DNA from: Podarcis tiliguerta
Taxonomy: Eukaryota
Reading direction: 5' to 3' (one strand)
NCBI GenBank assembly: GCA_965153285.1
Contig: OZ229114.1
DNA: 64,000 nucleotides
Part shown: positions 12,230 to 25,119 of the stretch, in pieces
Numbering within the stretch: position 1 is the stretch's first letter
How the letters are laid out: the number at the start of each line of letters is the position of its first letter
The notes under the pieces: model-generated
What the model saw: only the letters and a program-made list of their open reading frames with translations
Told to the model about the DNA's origin: nothing
Database searches by the model: none
Program-made: the position numbers and the translations under genes

Positions 12230-13378
12230 GGAAACAGGTGTGTTGTAATCAGTTCCTAGATTTTAGCTTTAGCCTTGTATGAAAATAAGGCTAAAAGAAA
12301 AAAGATCCACTCTCTTGAGTTTTCTAGAGCACAGATTCCTAACGTTGTTTCAAAAGCTTAGATATCTGCTGTTTCCTGTTGCCACAATCCTGGCTTTTGA
12401 TTCACCATTAGAAAAGGAGTGTAGAATTACGCCAGCTGCTTATTTCTCTATTATGGAAAGCAATATGGGTTCTATGTGCTGTATTAGAGACAAAGTTTGT
12501 TAATAACATACTATTAAGGTATTTTTTCTTAATGTATTTTCTTAAATGTACTCACTGCCACATGATAACCTCACCAGTGAATTGTAGTGGTTCTTCTGAC
12601 TTTTCTCTAATAGACTTAGAGGAGCATATTTGTTAGCCTTGCCAGCCAGACTTGGAAATGATGCAGCTACACACATACACAGAATCACTTCTGCTTGGTA
12701 AACTGGTGCTGTAGACTGATTAATGAAATTGTGACCATTTCAAGACACTGGCAGACTAAATTCACATGTTTGCAAACAAGTAGAGCCACAGGGAGGAAAG
12801 ATTCACACCTACTATTTTCTCAAAAAGGAATCCTGATAAGATAGAATCCAATCCTCCATCTGGATCTGCTAACCTTCAGTGTACCTTTTCAGTCTACCAT
12901 TTGAATATGTGCCAAGTTTTATATAGAACTTACTAGTGTGGATTTTCTTTCAATGCCTTAAAATTGCCAGCAGAATTTGCTTTCTGCAGAAGCTGAAGAC
13001 TGTGTGTTATTGTGATGTGTTTGCATTAATGCATCCTGCCACAAGGTTTGAGCACACAAAACCATCATGTCCTATCAGTTTCACTGCAATAGTTTCCTGA
13101 ACTAAGAGAAACTGTTTTGCTCACATTCTTTCCTCCTCTTCTGTAAGGCACAAATAAATAAAGATGACATGTCTTGAGGCAGCCTGTTTGTCCTTGGTGA
13201 TATTCTGACTTCAAACTTTTCTGGGTTATAATCTCTTTCCAAATCAATTACATTCAGGCAAATCAGTGTTTGATGTTTGGGCAATGTCTAGAGCTGGGTG
13301 GTCCAACTTTTCATCCCAAGTGGGTTGCAGGGGTACTTCAACACAGAACCCACAGGCTGCACACTGCCTTGTGGGGAG

Positions 13379-13760
13379 GGGAGCTGGGCATGTTTAGCCT
13401 GGAGAAGAGGAGGTTAAGGGGTGATATGATAGCCATGTTCAAATATATAAAAGGATGTCACATAGAGGAGGGAGAAAGGTTGTTTTCTGCTGCTCCAGAG
13501 AAGCGGACACGGAGCAATGGATCCAAACTACAAGAAAGAAGATTCCACCTAAACATTAGGAAGAACTTCCTGACAGTAAGAGCTGTTCAACAGTGGAATT
13601 TGCTGCCAAGGAGTGTGGTGGAGTCTCCTTCTTTGGAGGTCTTTAAGCAGAGGCTTGACAACCATATGTCAGGAGTGCTCTGATGGTGTTTCCTGCTTGG
13701 CAGGGGGTTGGACTCAATGGCCCTTGTGGTCTCTTCCAACTCTATGATTCTATGATTCTA
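13379..13760 (+). mobile_element. CR1 LINE 3' fragment
   Basis: ORF2 C-terminus ELGMFSLEKRRLRGDMIAMFKY...FHLNIRKNFLTVRAV and (ATTCTATG)n tail. Confidence 0.92.
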
Positions 13761-14462
13761 TTTGGCACACACACCCTCAGCCCTTGGGCTGCCTTCCCAG
13801 TTAAGCTAGTGAAGCATTTGGCTTTGGGAAGGAGGTGTGAGGCTCTGGCAGGTTCCCAAAGCTGAGAAAGCACTAACTTGGCTTTAGGAAGGAGGCACAA
13901 GAACTCAAGGACCCTGACAGAGCCCCCATACCTTCCCAAAGCCCAGCACCTGGCTTACCAGCATTGGGAAGGTAGACAAGGGCTGCGGGGGAGCATCAAA
14001 TGTTGTGGAGGGCCACCAAAAAGGGACTAATAAGCATGGTTCATTCTCATTATTCCTACAAGCTTTGGTCAGTTTTTAACATCCCTTCGCATAAGATCTT
14101 CTTAAACTGGACCATTATTGCCCAACAAGAAAGGAAAGATTGGCTCTAGTAAGTGCTGGGTTTCTCACTGCAAATGTCTCACAAGTACCATGAATGACAG
14201 TACCACATAGAGCAAATGCATCTCGTCAGCTAATATAATCTTCAGTGGATGACATTCATTCTGACACAATGACGGAACAGCCCAAAGGAATAGATATCAT
14301 GCAACATTTACCCTAGCAAGGACCTTGCACTTCTCTAAGCAACTCCTGTCTGAAAGCATAGTTTAATTTCCCTGCCTTTTTTTATCCCACATCTGAGAAC
14401 TTCTTCATAGAACAATCGGAACAAGCTGGTCCAACGCCTTGCCCAATAAATGAGGAAATATT

Positions 14463-15077
14463 AAAACATTTGGAGCTTTTCAGTTTAGAAAAACGAAACC
14501 TAGTAAAGAGAGTATATGATGGAGGTCTATACTATTACGCAGGTGTGGGAAAGGATAAGACCAGGCATGGCCAAACTTGGCCCTCCAGCTGTTTTGGGAG
14601 TACAACTCCCATCATCCCTAGCTGACAGGACCAGTGGTCAGGGATGATGGGAGTTGTACTCCCAAAACAGCTGGAGGGCCAAGTTTGGCCATGCCTGGAT
14701 AAGGGTTTTCCCCCCCTCCCTCACACCATGCTAAAACCTGGTGTCATCTAAAGAAGGTGAGTGTTGGAAGATTCAGGACATACAGAAGAAAGTGCTCCTT
14801 CACACAGCACATAGTTAAAATGATGGCATTCACTCCCGCAAGCTGTTGTAATAGCAATCCACTTTTCATGGAGGATTTGGCTATCAGTGGCCAGGATGAC
14901 TGTGTACTATCTCAAGAATTGGAGCCACTAGGCCTCTGAATGCCAGTTGCTGGGAGAGGGCTGTTCTGTTCATGTCCTCCTTGCGTACTTCCCATAGGCA
15001 TCTGGTTGGTCACACTGAGAGCAGGATGCTGCACTTGATAGGGCTTTGGTCTGATCCAGCTGGATTGTTCTTAATTA
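14463..15077 (+). mobile_element. Old degenerate CR1 3' fragment interrupted by a MITE
   Basis: Degenerate LFSLEKR / GRFRTxRRK remnants; 3' part homologous to 42375-42555 (minus strand). Confidence 0.55.
14562..14697. mobile_element. Palindromic hAT-type MITE with perfect 58-bp arms
   Basis: CAGGCATGGCCAAAC...GTTTGGCCATGCCTG; flanks GATAAGAC/GATAAGGG (6/8 TSD). Confidence 0.85.
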
Positions 15078-18000
15078 GCTGGTCACCTCAACCAAGCTGT
15101 GTCCCCAGCTTCACGGAAATCTTATCTCCAGTCAGGTTGGTACCCTGCACATTTTGATTCATAAAACTTTCTGGGAGCGCTAGACACTTACTTTTATTTA
15201 TGTTTTAATGAAAGCTCAGGCTCTGGGGTCCTTTGCTGACATGGGCCCTGGTGAAATTGCTTCAGTTGCACCATGGATAATTTGGCCTTGTCCGCAACTC
15301 TGTGTGCATTTTTAATGGCAAATATTAGAATAAATTCCAAAGTCTATATCAGAGCAACACTTTTATTAATGCGATCAAAGTGGCACGTAAGCTTTGAAGT
15401 CTCCCAGAACCTGCATGCTATTTCATGACATTTAGGTTGGCTTAATATGATCTTTGGAATTTTCCTTATCAGCAAACATGGCGACATTTACTCTGTGTGT
15501 GTATCAAAAATAAACGTTCACTATGTATACAGCAAGGATCCAATTTGATTGGTGCATGCCTGCTGATGACAGTCTAGCTGTGCCGCGGCGAAGAGGTTGA
15601 GAAAGTGACATGGCTTACCATTGTGCAAGCAATGCTTTGTAAGAGTGTTCTTGTTTTGGAACAAAGAGGGGTAGTTTAAGCCCTTAAGAAAGGGTACTGA
15701 AGCCATTAACAAGAGCTTTCTTTATAAAGTCACGATCTGCTGTAAAACGCTACATACTTACACTTCCTTTCCTATGGAAACCAAGAAAAGTAATCACAAA
15801 GCAAATACTATAGGGTCATTGTCATCTCCCCAAAGCTATTCAAGATGAGACCCACTAATTAATGGGAAATTCATCAAGCTGAACAATGGGTCATTTCATG
15901 TGTTCAAGCAACATGTGAAGTACTGAGCATTTCTGGAAGTCATAGAGCTGCAAACAAAAACTGATTTAAGTGAGTTTGGAACTGCCTATGTTATATGGTG
16001 AAAAGTGAAGCTTGGAGAAGCATAATATTCTTGGTGCTGTGCTTGAAGGAGCCGGTATCTGTAGTGAGTCTGTCTTGGGACAGACACTGCCTTTATTACT
16101 ATGTTCTTAGAATCCAGTATTGGGTTTGAAGGATCCTGTCTCAGTAGTCAGGGAAACTCAGAACCATTCAAAGCCCTACAGCTGTCAGGCACTACGATGA
16201 ACAGCAATTATAAGATGCAATCACACATGGCTATAATACATAGTAACAATTGAAGGAAACCTGAGTTTAATATCTAAATAAAGATCTTATTTTTATGATA
16301 AAAGATGATTTCCTCCTTTCTTAACTTACACACTTCAATATTAGTTTGGACTTGTAATCCATTTCTTTCAATTTGTCAATTCTTCATCTTGATTGATTTA
16401 TTTTTCTCTGCTCTCTTTCCCTGTATATGATATAGTCTAAAGAAATCAGTTCAAAGCAGTTACTATGAAAGTGTGATAGAAGGCAAAAACACTTCAGAGG
16501 ACAACAGGGAGCAGAAGAAAAGTGAGATTTTACATCTAGTTTACAACATTCTGAATGTTCATAGTCCCATGCAATTTCACTCAGAGTGAATTTTGGAGTC
16601 ATTCTTTGAACCCAAGTTCACTCAAAGCACACATAAGCAGCCTAAATACACAATTCTTTCCCACTTAGTGTGTTATTCAAATTTGAAGGAAAAATGCCTG
16701 TTCACCAAAATAATCATATGCCAAAATATACTGCACATGTGTTCTTTGTAATATTTTATGATCAAAGGATAAACTAACCAATTACAGCTAGAACATACTT
16801 CCTGCACCAGTGGTATGTCTTGATGATTTGGAAATTGTACACACATTGGGGTGAGCTAGAATTTCATGTCGTCTCACCAGCTCAGCAACAACTTATTCAA
16901 ACCAGCTTCAAATTACAACTAGAACAATGCATTAATCTAGTTCACCTAAAATATCATTCCATAAACAAAGACCTACACTATATAACAAATCACTATATAT
17001 TAAATCTGGGGTCCCAGGATGGCACTGCCCTTGCTGTCCACCAGTCCCCGGTCAATTTTTTAAATGTATTGGTGTATTTGTGGCAGCTGTTTGGTTGCAG
17101 GGGTTTGCCTTTGGGGAGGGGGTTATTGTTGCCTGCTTTTTGTGTTTTGACCGGTGTGTTTGTGTGATTTGCCTGGTTTTGGAGTGGGAGTTCTGAGCAG
17201 TGTCAGTTTCTCTTCTGTGAAAGCAGTATTGTGTGATGCCCACAAGTTTCTTAGATTTCCAGATGTGTTCCTTGGCCCAACAAAAGTTGGGGGCCCCTAA
17301 ATTAATCTAATATATCCATTAAAAAGTATTTACAGGCACATAAATTCTAGCCAACAGAAGATGTGTCAGAACACAATACCTAAGCAGAAGTGCTAAAATG
17401 TTGCGTTGTAGGGTAAGGTGTTAACACTTCAAGGAAAATGTGCAGGAGGCAAAATATCATCATCATCATCTTGGTATGTCTGGGAAGTGCAGCTGAGAAA
17501 AGGTTTAGGAAGATGATAGGAGTAGCAGGCAGTCTTCACAAACTCACTAGAATCAACAGGAATATAAAGGAAGAGATCCTATAGCAGGAAAGACATAGCT
17601 AATTTCCCAACCCCCATAGATATGCAAAATAATTAGCTTATTACCTAAATGACACAAATTTATAACGGTTTGATCAATCGTATTCTGAAGGATTGGGCCT
17701 GTGTTTTGCAAAAGGTAGCACTTGTTGAACAGTGGTGGTTAGGTAATTTTAGACTCTGTCCTTTACCATTAGATACCATTACTTCAACATGTGGTAAGCC
17801 AGCCCTCTTGTTCATTTTGCCAAGTGGGGTCCTGGATGTCTGCCCAGAGTCCTGGCACCACTGTTGTCTAGCTAGCAGATGCTGAAAAGTCTTCTGACTT
17901 AATTTTTCCTAGCATGGGTCAAGGCTGTATCAGAGGCACGCTGCCACAAGCAAGGATGTTAATATTCATTTTCCTAGAATATAAAAGCTTAGTTGGGTGC

Positions 18001-20367
18001 CAAGAGATTTATTTACTTGGTAACTACAGTTTACGTTGAGGCTTCAGCCACAGTTTCTGCGGAACAAAGTGTTCCTTTTGGGAGCAACACTCTAGAAAGG
18101 GACACATTCCTAGTACAGCGGTTTGTACTTCCCTTAAAGCCTTTATTTTTGTTGGCCAAGGCTCCCATTATTTTCAGGAGCTTGAGCTAATGGTTAACAA
18201 AAACTGCACACATTGGGTTGTGCTCTCATTGGGCACAAAGTCTCAAGGCAAGTTACTTTTTCCTCTGTGTGAATGTTCCTTAACACTTTTGCTCAAATAG
18301 AATTGACAATGCTTGGCTTCAAGGTTACACAGAATATCCACACATCGCAACCCCAAGAAGACCCTGTACAAATAGTAGAGTAAATCTGGTACAGTTCACT
18401 TGCAAAGTATTTCTGGAAGTTGCATAGGCATACATAGACAAAAGAGCTTTAAGATTACAGTCTAGGGTAATTATAGCTAGGGCATTCTCACACCACCTCA
18501 TAATTTCCTTGGCCCAAGAAATCAAGTGACATTAAAGAGCCAATATAAAAAGACTCTCACATCTGCAGCCTCCCTTAACATGGACAGTTTATTGCTGAAC
18601 AAAAACATGCGATTCTGCCTCTCTGCCACCAGACAACCAGCCTTAAAACAGTCTGACACAGGGTATGGTCAGCTGCCCTCAAGCCTGCATTACAATTTGG
18701 TCTTGAAAGAAATGTGAAAGGGAACTTTGGTTTCTTGACCATATATGAATGAAATTTCATTCTACAATAAAAGAGAGTAGGAATCCAGGTGTTACCAATT
18801 TATTTATTTTAAAATATTTTTAGCCTGCCCTTCATTACAAAGCAACTCCAGGTCAGGATATAACAGTTAATTAAAACCACAATTAAAAACATAGATCATA
18901 AAACAGGAAGAACTACTATATCAGTGATAAACAAACCCAAAACTTAGCCGGGGCTATTAACATGCTACAAAGGCTCTTACATCTGCCATAATGATTATAC
19001 CACTGTATGGTATACTCACATTGGAGGTAGCAGTATCAGACAGATAGAAACAGTTGGAAAGCACTAGAAAATTTCATTGCATTGTTGATTTCACTATTGT
19101 TTCACTATTGTTTCACTATTTATTTTCCAGAAATAAATAAATACTGGTGTAAAGCTTTAGCAGCACTGGTACTTACAAAGGTGTACCTAGGGTGCCTTGT
19201 GTCTCTGGCAAGGAGCTCTATCAGTGCCCCCACTCACCCCCCAAAATCACTTTACCACAATAGCTACATTAGAAATTATGACATTTTATGGGACCCAATT
19301 ACTTGAAGCATCCAGAATGAAGGCGAGGCAGAATGAAAACAAATGCACTGGTTACGCATTTGTTTCCAGGTTCATGTTAAAGCCCAGAGCAGCTGTTTCT
19401 AGGTTCAATTTAAAGCCCTTTTGGAGAAGCCATGTTGATTCTCTCTCAGCAAGGCAGGTTCTTCTATGTTGCATAATAATAGCTCTAATATATTTAAGGC
19501 AATGGCCTTTCCTCTTAAACCCTTTTACAAATCAATGTTTCATTCGTTACCTTCCTGTCAGCTGAGTTTTAAACAAATTTAATATTTTTTGTTAGAAAAT
19601 ATTCAATTGGACCCAGTGATTTGTAGATAGTTCTACAACTTCAGTTTTCGTCACTTCTATTTAGCTTTGTTTCTCAGATACCCTTCTTGGGGTCAGTGGG
19701 GGAATCAGACATAGCACCTGCCCACCATCTTCCACACTGAAGTTCAAAGCAAATAATAGAATTAATTTCTCTACCTTTCTTTAGTAATCCTGTCTTACTG
19801 TATCTTTGCTATGTAATGATCCAAATATCACCCTGGCTATTTTCCTGTCTCTAATGTACTTCAGTGTTCTGTTCATTGTTTTGAGTGGGATTCAACTAAC
19901 ACGTCACCCTAGTGGCTAGCTAGCAAAACAGGGCTTTTCTGCCTCTTCCACTGCCCCTCCAGCTGGCTCAGGGGGAGTGTTGGGAGAAACCCCAGAATAG
20001 GATGCAGGGGAAAGATAGGGGGTATTGTTCTGTCTGGCAAACTGAAATGTTTGTGCTGACAGAACTATTGCCATAGTGCTTTGCTGAATTCCTTCTTTTA
20101 GCAATATGCGCCTTAAAATCTTTTTCACTTGCCTGCTAGTTTTGCTTTTCCAGCATGTTTATTATACTTCCTCTTTTCTTTTCTTTTTTAGTTTTGGAAG
20201 GCTTCTACTTTTTAACACTTTAAATACTTCCTCCCTTAACACATTAGACAAAAATATTTACAAAAATAATTTTTTGTTCCATTCTGTTGTTTATAGAAAT
20301 ACTGAACACAAACTGGATATTTTGAATATAAAAAGGTAGATATTTATGAATATCCCTACATCAAAAA

Positions 20368-20373
20368 TTTATT
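20368..20373 (-). terminator. Candidate PCGF6 polyadenylation signal
   Basis: AATAAA on the minus strand about 1.7 kb after the stop, with U-rich sequence downstream. Confidence 0.45.
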
Positions 20374-22047
20374 GTAACAAAATTGAATTCAGAAAGGCAT
20401 TTTCAAAAGCAAAACCCTTCAACACACATTTGGTCTAAAAACTAGCTTTTCAGGTCACCATAAATGCACATCTAAGCCTCTTTAACACTATGGAGTAGCA
20501 GTTCCACAATAGGACAGAATCTTTAACTGCACAGGTAATGAATTAAAGAAAAGAAAATCTGACACCTTCTATAGAGGCACGGGAGTTGCATCAGTAATGT
20601 GTCTTCCATCTATCCCTCCAATTGCATAAACTTTGTTTGCTGCCTATGTGATAATGGATTAAGCCATTGATCTTCAACTGGTGGTTTGGGAACCACTATC
20701 ACAAGAGTGGGGAATTTGTGGCCCTCCAGATGTTGCTGGATTACAATTCCCACCATCCGTCTCCATTGGCCACACGGGCTGGGGCCACGGATTTCTCACA
20801 CTTGCACTATCACATCACAGCCTGGTCTAAGGGAGGTCACAACAGCAGCAATACTAGACAAATTTTTGGTTGAAAACTATGAAATGGATCCCCAGGTGCA
20901 TGTTTGGGTTAATGGTGGATTCTGGGTCTGCAAAAGTTGAAGACTAAGCATTGTATAGCAAGGTTTAATGAAATCTTTGTAATAAGACCATTGCTGAGGC
21001 TAGGTTACAGGAAATGTTAAAAATGAACTCCTTCATCGTGTTGTTCTTTAACCAGAGCTTTTTTAATTGTTCACAGGGCATTACTACTACTGGCTAGGAA
21101 ACACAGGGCGTTGTCTCAAACTCATATGCAAGGAAGGGGACAGACATAGTCATTTTCTACAAAGGCGGCAAAACAAAAGCTGGGGGAGGGAGTAGAATAT
21201 AGCGGAACATCTGCAAGAAAGGGAGCTATGACGGAGGCTGCAAGGGACAAAGGCAAACATGGTAGTGACTGCAAACCAGAAGAAGTGGGCTTAAAGGAAA
21301 ATAGCAGGGGATAGAGAAAGGTTACTGCTGTCCTTCTGATGGACTTTCATAGAACAAAGTCTGGTTATTGTCTTCAATAGGAATATAATCAGTTGCATGG
21401 TGCCTTCCAAAGGGACCTCAAAGGCACCCCTGTGCAATCTACTGTCACATCCACGCTGTATGAGTAGCATACAGCTGATGTCTAGTTAACATGCACACAA
21501 TTTCTCTCCAATTTTAACTAATTTATAGGATATTGCATATTTTAATGCTATTACTCACATAAACCATGAGATACAATGCTTGCGGTTTTTTGAAAGGTGA
21601 TTACCCCCCCCCCCCTTTTAGGCACACAACTGAAAGGTTTCCCTTTCCTATTTCTAAACCAAGACCATTAGTGTACAATAAACGTCTCTGAGAAGAACAC
21701 ATCTTTTCCAATAAAACACTGCACACTGGCGATAATCCCTGAGAACACCAGTGAAACTGTCTTTCAGATAAATACTGGTTTCAAGCTTAAGTCCTGGGAG
21801 TCAGTGCTGCCAATACACAAACCGCATTTAAGACAAATCCAGTCATCTTGACACATTTGCTCTTCCCTGAACTAGCTAGGTGTTAATGACATAACAGCAC
21901 TGCAGTATTTATAGCTGTACTTACTTTACAGCATTCCTTTTTCAGATTCTAACTTACTATGCAGAGTGAAAACTGTGCATTAATGTTCACCATGCACTTC
22001 CCAGAATGAGGATCATTTGTTTCTTCAAAGCCCCTCCATGTTGGATT

Positions 22048-22116
22048 TTAACAAATCCTTGAAAGTGTGGGATCTCTGCTAAGAATCAGCCCATAGTGAA
22101 GTACAAGTAAGCCATC
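22048..22116 (-). CDS. PCGF6: PCGF6 exon 10 (stop TAA)
   Basis: DGLLVLHYGLILSRDPTLSRIC*; total CDS 996 nt = 331 aa. Confidence 0.93.
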   Translation of the reverse strand, partial: DGLLVLHYGLILSRDPTLSRIC

Positions 22117-23981
22117 CTAGAAAGTAGGAAAGAAAAATCACACTTGTAAACAAGTAAAAACAAATGCAAAAACAAAGCCTTGTCACACCTAAGTTTCTTT
22201 ATGCCACCTAATGAAAATTTGCTCTTGATTGTGAATAATAAAATGCAGGATCTCCCAGTGTGCTATTTAATGAACAGAGGATCAAGGGAGTCAACAGCTG
22301 AGTATGAAGCCCACTTGTAATTTCTTTGTGAGTACAGTCCCATTTAGAGGTGGTTTGAAAACAACTGAACAAGTCATTCAGTTGTTTGCCTGTGTCTGAA
22401 CACTGTAATATCCCTTTTAAAGAGAGGCTAACAGTCAGAATGCACAACCCATTGTTGAACTGTTCCACATCATATTGCAGCCACTTTGTCTTTTGACTCA
22501 GCTTCTCCATCAAGCCACAGTTATTGCAGAGACTCCTTAGGATCCAATCCTCCCTCCAGTAAGTTTGAGGGCTGCTTTGCACTTTACAAGGCAGTGTTTG
22601 CGGCAGTAAAACCAGTGTTTAGCTTAGCAAAAATGCCAAGTGTTAATGGCAGATGCATCATCCTGAACACCTATGTATGTATTGGAGAAACCTGACCATG
22701 TGCAGATTCCTGTTGTATGTACAGTACATTATATGCTTTTTTTGAAGACGACAAACACACTATGAGTCATTCTCAATAAGCAAGCTTCAGCTTTCGATCC
22801 CAGGACGAAGTGTTATGGAAGGCAATTTCCCTGAAACAAACTGCTGGAGTAAATGAAAAAGCAGGCACTGCTTTGGGGTTATATATAGGGTTGGTCCATA
22901 CTAATTAGCAAGTCTGTACAAAAGCCATAGGGAGTCAACTGGCAACCTCCATTTGACTGCATAATTGAGCCATTGAAATCAGTCAAATCACAACAGTTTT
23001 ATATGCAGCCCTAGCATGGAAGTTTGGATATACAGAAATGGTGCCTTATGATAGGTTTAGCCTTGCCATAAGTCTGTCACAATTTCCTGACAGGCTACTA
23101 TTAGGTGTGAAAGGCAATGCTGTGATTGTGACTTCTTCTGACATATACTGTGTTCAAATGTTGGAGATGTGTTGGCTAGAAAAGATCTACAACATCAAAC
23201 AAAACATCACCTATGAGCAAAATAAATTTAAAAACATGTACTGCTGTATAACACCTTTCTCTACTGATTACACTTCATTCTGACACCTTGTCTAGAATGC
23301 AAAGTTAGCACTTATGCACCAAAGTGAGAAATGAACAATTCAACCTGTAAAACAGGTTATTTTAATTCAGTAATTCAGCAAGCTATCCTTAGATTTGATT
23401 AAAAGAGCCACCAGATTATAAACTGTATCTTATTTTTTTATTTTCAATTGTCCTTATATTGTATGATTTTAAAAAGTGGTAAGAATTCTACATTACTGCT
23501 GTGATCAAGCACAGACAATATGTGTGTAGAAAGAGGCTTCTACAATGACTGCTGTTCTAGATGTGACCAGAGTATGCAAAATAATCGTGCCCTACAATGG
23601 GCAGCGGTTGCACCCAGCACCTGCTATCACTATGTGCACAATACTCTTGAATGCTAAAGTACAAGATCAGCATTGTCAGTTCTGATTCCAGATGCACACT
23701 CTACCCACCACTGTCCTAACAAATGATTAGTGCATACAAAGCAGATAGAGCCAACCACCTGTTCAGCAGGGTTGATCTGTGAATGCAGAATCACATGCTT
23801 AGCCTGCAGTATGCAAGGATGCCTAGATCACAGCACATTCACCAAGGATAGCAGAGTTGGTGAATTTTCCTTTTCCTCAACCTACTAGGAGATCCATGAT
23901 ATATCCTTTTGTGTCTTTAGATTGGGAGAGACTGCTTTCATTAAAAACAACAACGCTCTAAACCATAACAGCCTGAAATTT

Positions 23982-24120
23982 TGATTCAGGTAGGTAGCCG
24001 TGTTGGTCTGATGCAGTCAAAATATACTAAAAAATTTAAAAATTGTCCAGTAGCACCTTAGAGACCAACTAAGTTTGTTCTGGGTATAAGCTTTCGTGTG
24101 CATGCACACTTCTTCAGATA
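23982..24120 (-). mobile_element. Penelope-like element terminal fragment
   Basis: GGTAGCCGTGTTGGTCTG...GCACCTTAGAGACCAAC...AAGCTTTCG end motif carrying a hammerhead; flanked by direct repeat CCTGAAATTT. Confidence 0.75.
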
Positions 24121-24122
24121 CC
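24083..24122 (-). ncRNA. Minimal type I hammerhead ribozyme motif (Penelope-associated), sense to the PCGF6 pre-mRNA
   Basis: Minus strand GGTAT-CTGAAGA-A-GTGTGCATGCACAC-GAAA-GC-TT-ATACC: stem I, CUGANGA, stem II, GAAA, palindromic AAGCTT in place of stem III. Confidence 0.7.
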
Positions 24123-25032
24123 TGAAATTTGTTTATTTTTAAAAATTAATATGCTGGTAGAAGCCATTTAAACACTACATGAAGACTCAGCTAGACTTCA
24201 GAAGCAGTCCTATACTTAAGTTCTGTTGGCTAAGATGCTATAGGATTTGGCTGAAGGCTTGCTATCCTGGCCAGCTTCTAAATATGCCAGCAGCACAACA
24301 GAATGTTGTCAGAACAGATAAAATGGGGTGGAGTCATGGGCAAGACAGAATGGTACAGAGGAGGAGCACACTTGTGCTGTATCCTATAGCCCTTCAATCC
24401 TGGTTGACAGGTAACTTTACATCAGTGCCAGAACTGGCATAAGATTTCCCTCTGTGACCACTCTGCCCACATCAAAAGAGCATTAGATGCACTTGGCCTC
24501 AAACACACATGGGAATCTGAACGCATTGCTAATGCTTCTTATCTCAGAATCCTAATACGTATCTCACCTCGGTACTCCGGACACATACTGTACATCCAGC
24601 CCCATTCCACTTCAACAACTACACCTCACACAGGTAAGCAAGAGAAGGAGAAACACATGCTATGATGTTTAACTGGTGCACCTGACACCTGTCTCTCTTC
24701 ACCCCTTTTTGCTATACTTGAATACTCTTGTCCTGCCTCAACAGTGCTGCTGAAACATTCCTCCCCACAACAGTGGGGAGCAGTGTCTTCCACACAAAAG
24801 GGAGGTGCTCATCCATACACACAGGCAAACTTGCTGTTGGTAAAAGCCAGACGCTCCACTTCAGCCTTTGCCGCTGCTGGCAATGCAGACTCATGCACAC
24901 TTCTGCCTTAAAGGTTCACAACTCAGAAGCTTTCCTGGAAATGCAGTGCTTGGCTATATCCCCAAGGGGTGTATGGGAGGCAGAGGCAGGAGCACCAGGG
25001 GCAATTCCCTTGCAGCAGTGGCTTCAACTTAC

Positions 25033-25119
25033 CTGTACTGCACTCTCCCCTAGAGCTCGCTGGATTTCCCTCAAAGTCTGATAGTGTTCCAGCAGGTGAT
25101 CACCACATATTATGTCTAC
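25033..25119 (-). CDS. PCGF6: PCGF6 exon 9 (RAWUL domain, 87 nt, phase 0/0)
   Basis: [29 protein letters not shown]; tttctag / GTAAGT. Confidence 0.95.

Noticed and set aside
13270-13683. 137-aa ORF as a host gene
   Set aside because: It is the C-terminal end of CR1 ORF2.
15080-20300. Many 60-122 aa ORFs between INA and PCGF6
   Set aside because: AT-rich, no recognisable homology and no coherent splice structure; consistent with chance ORFs.
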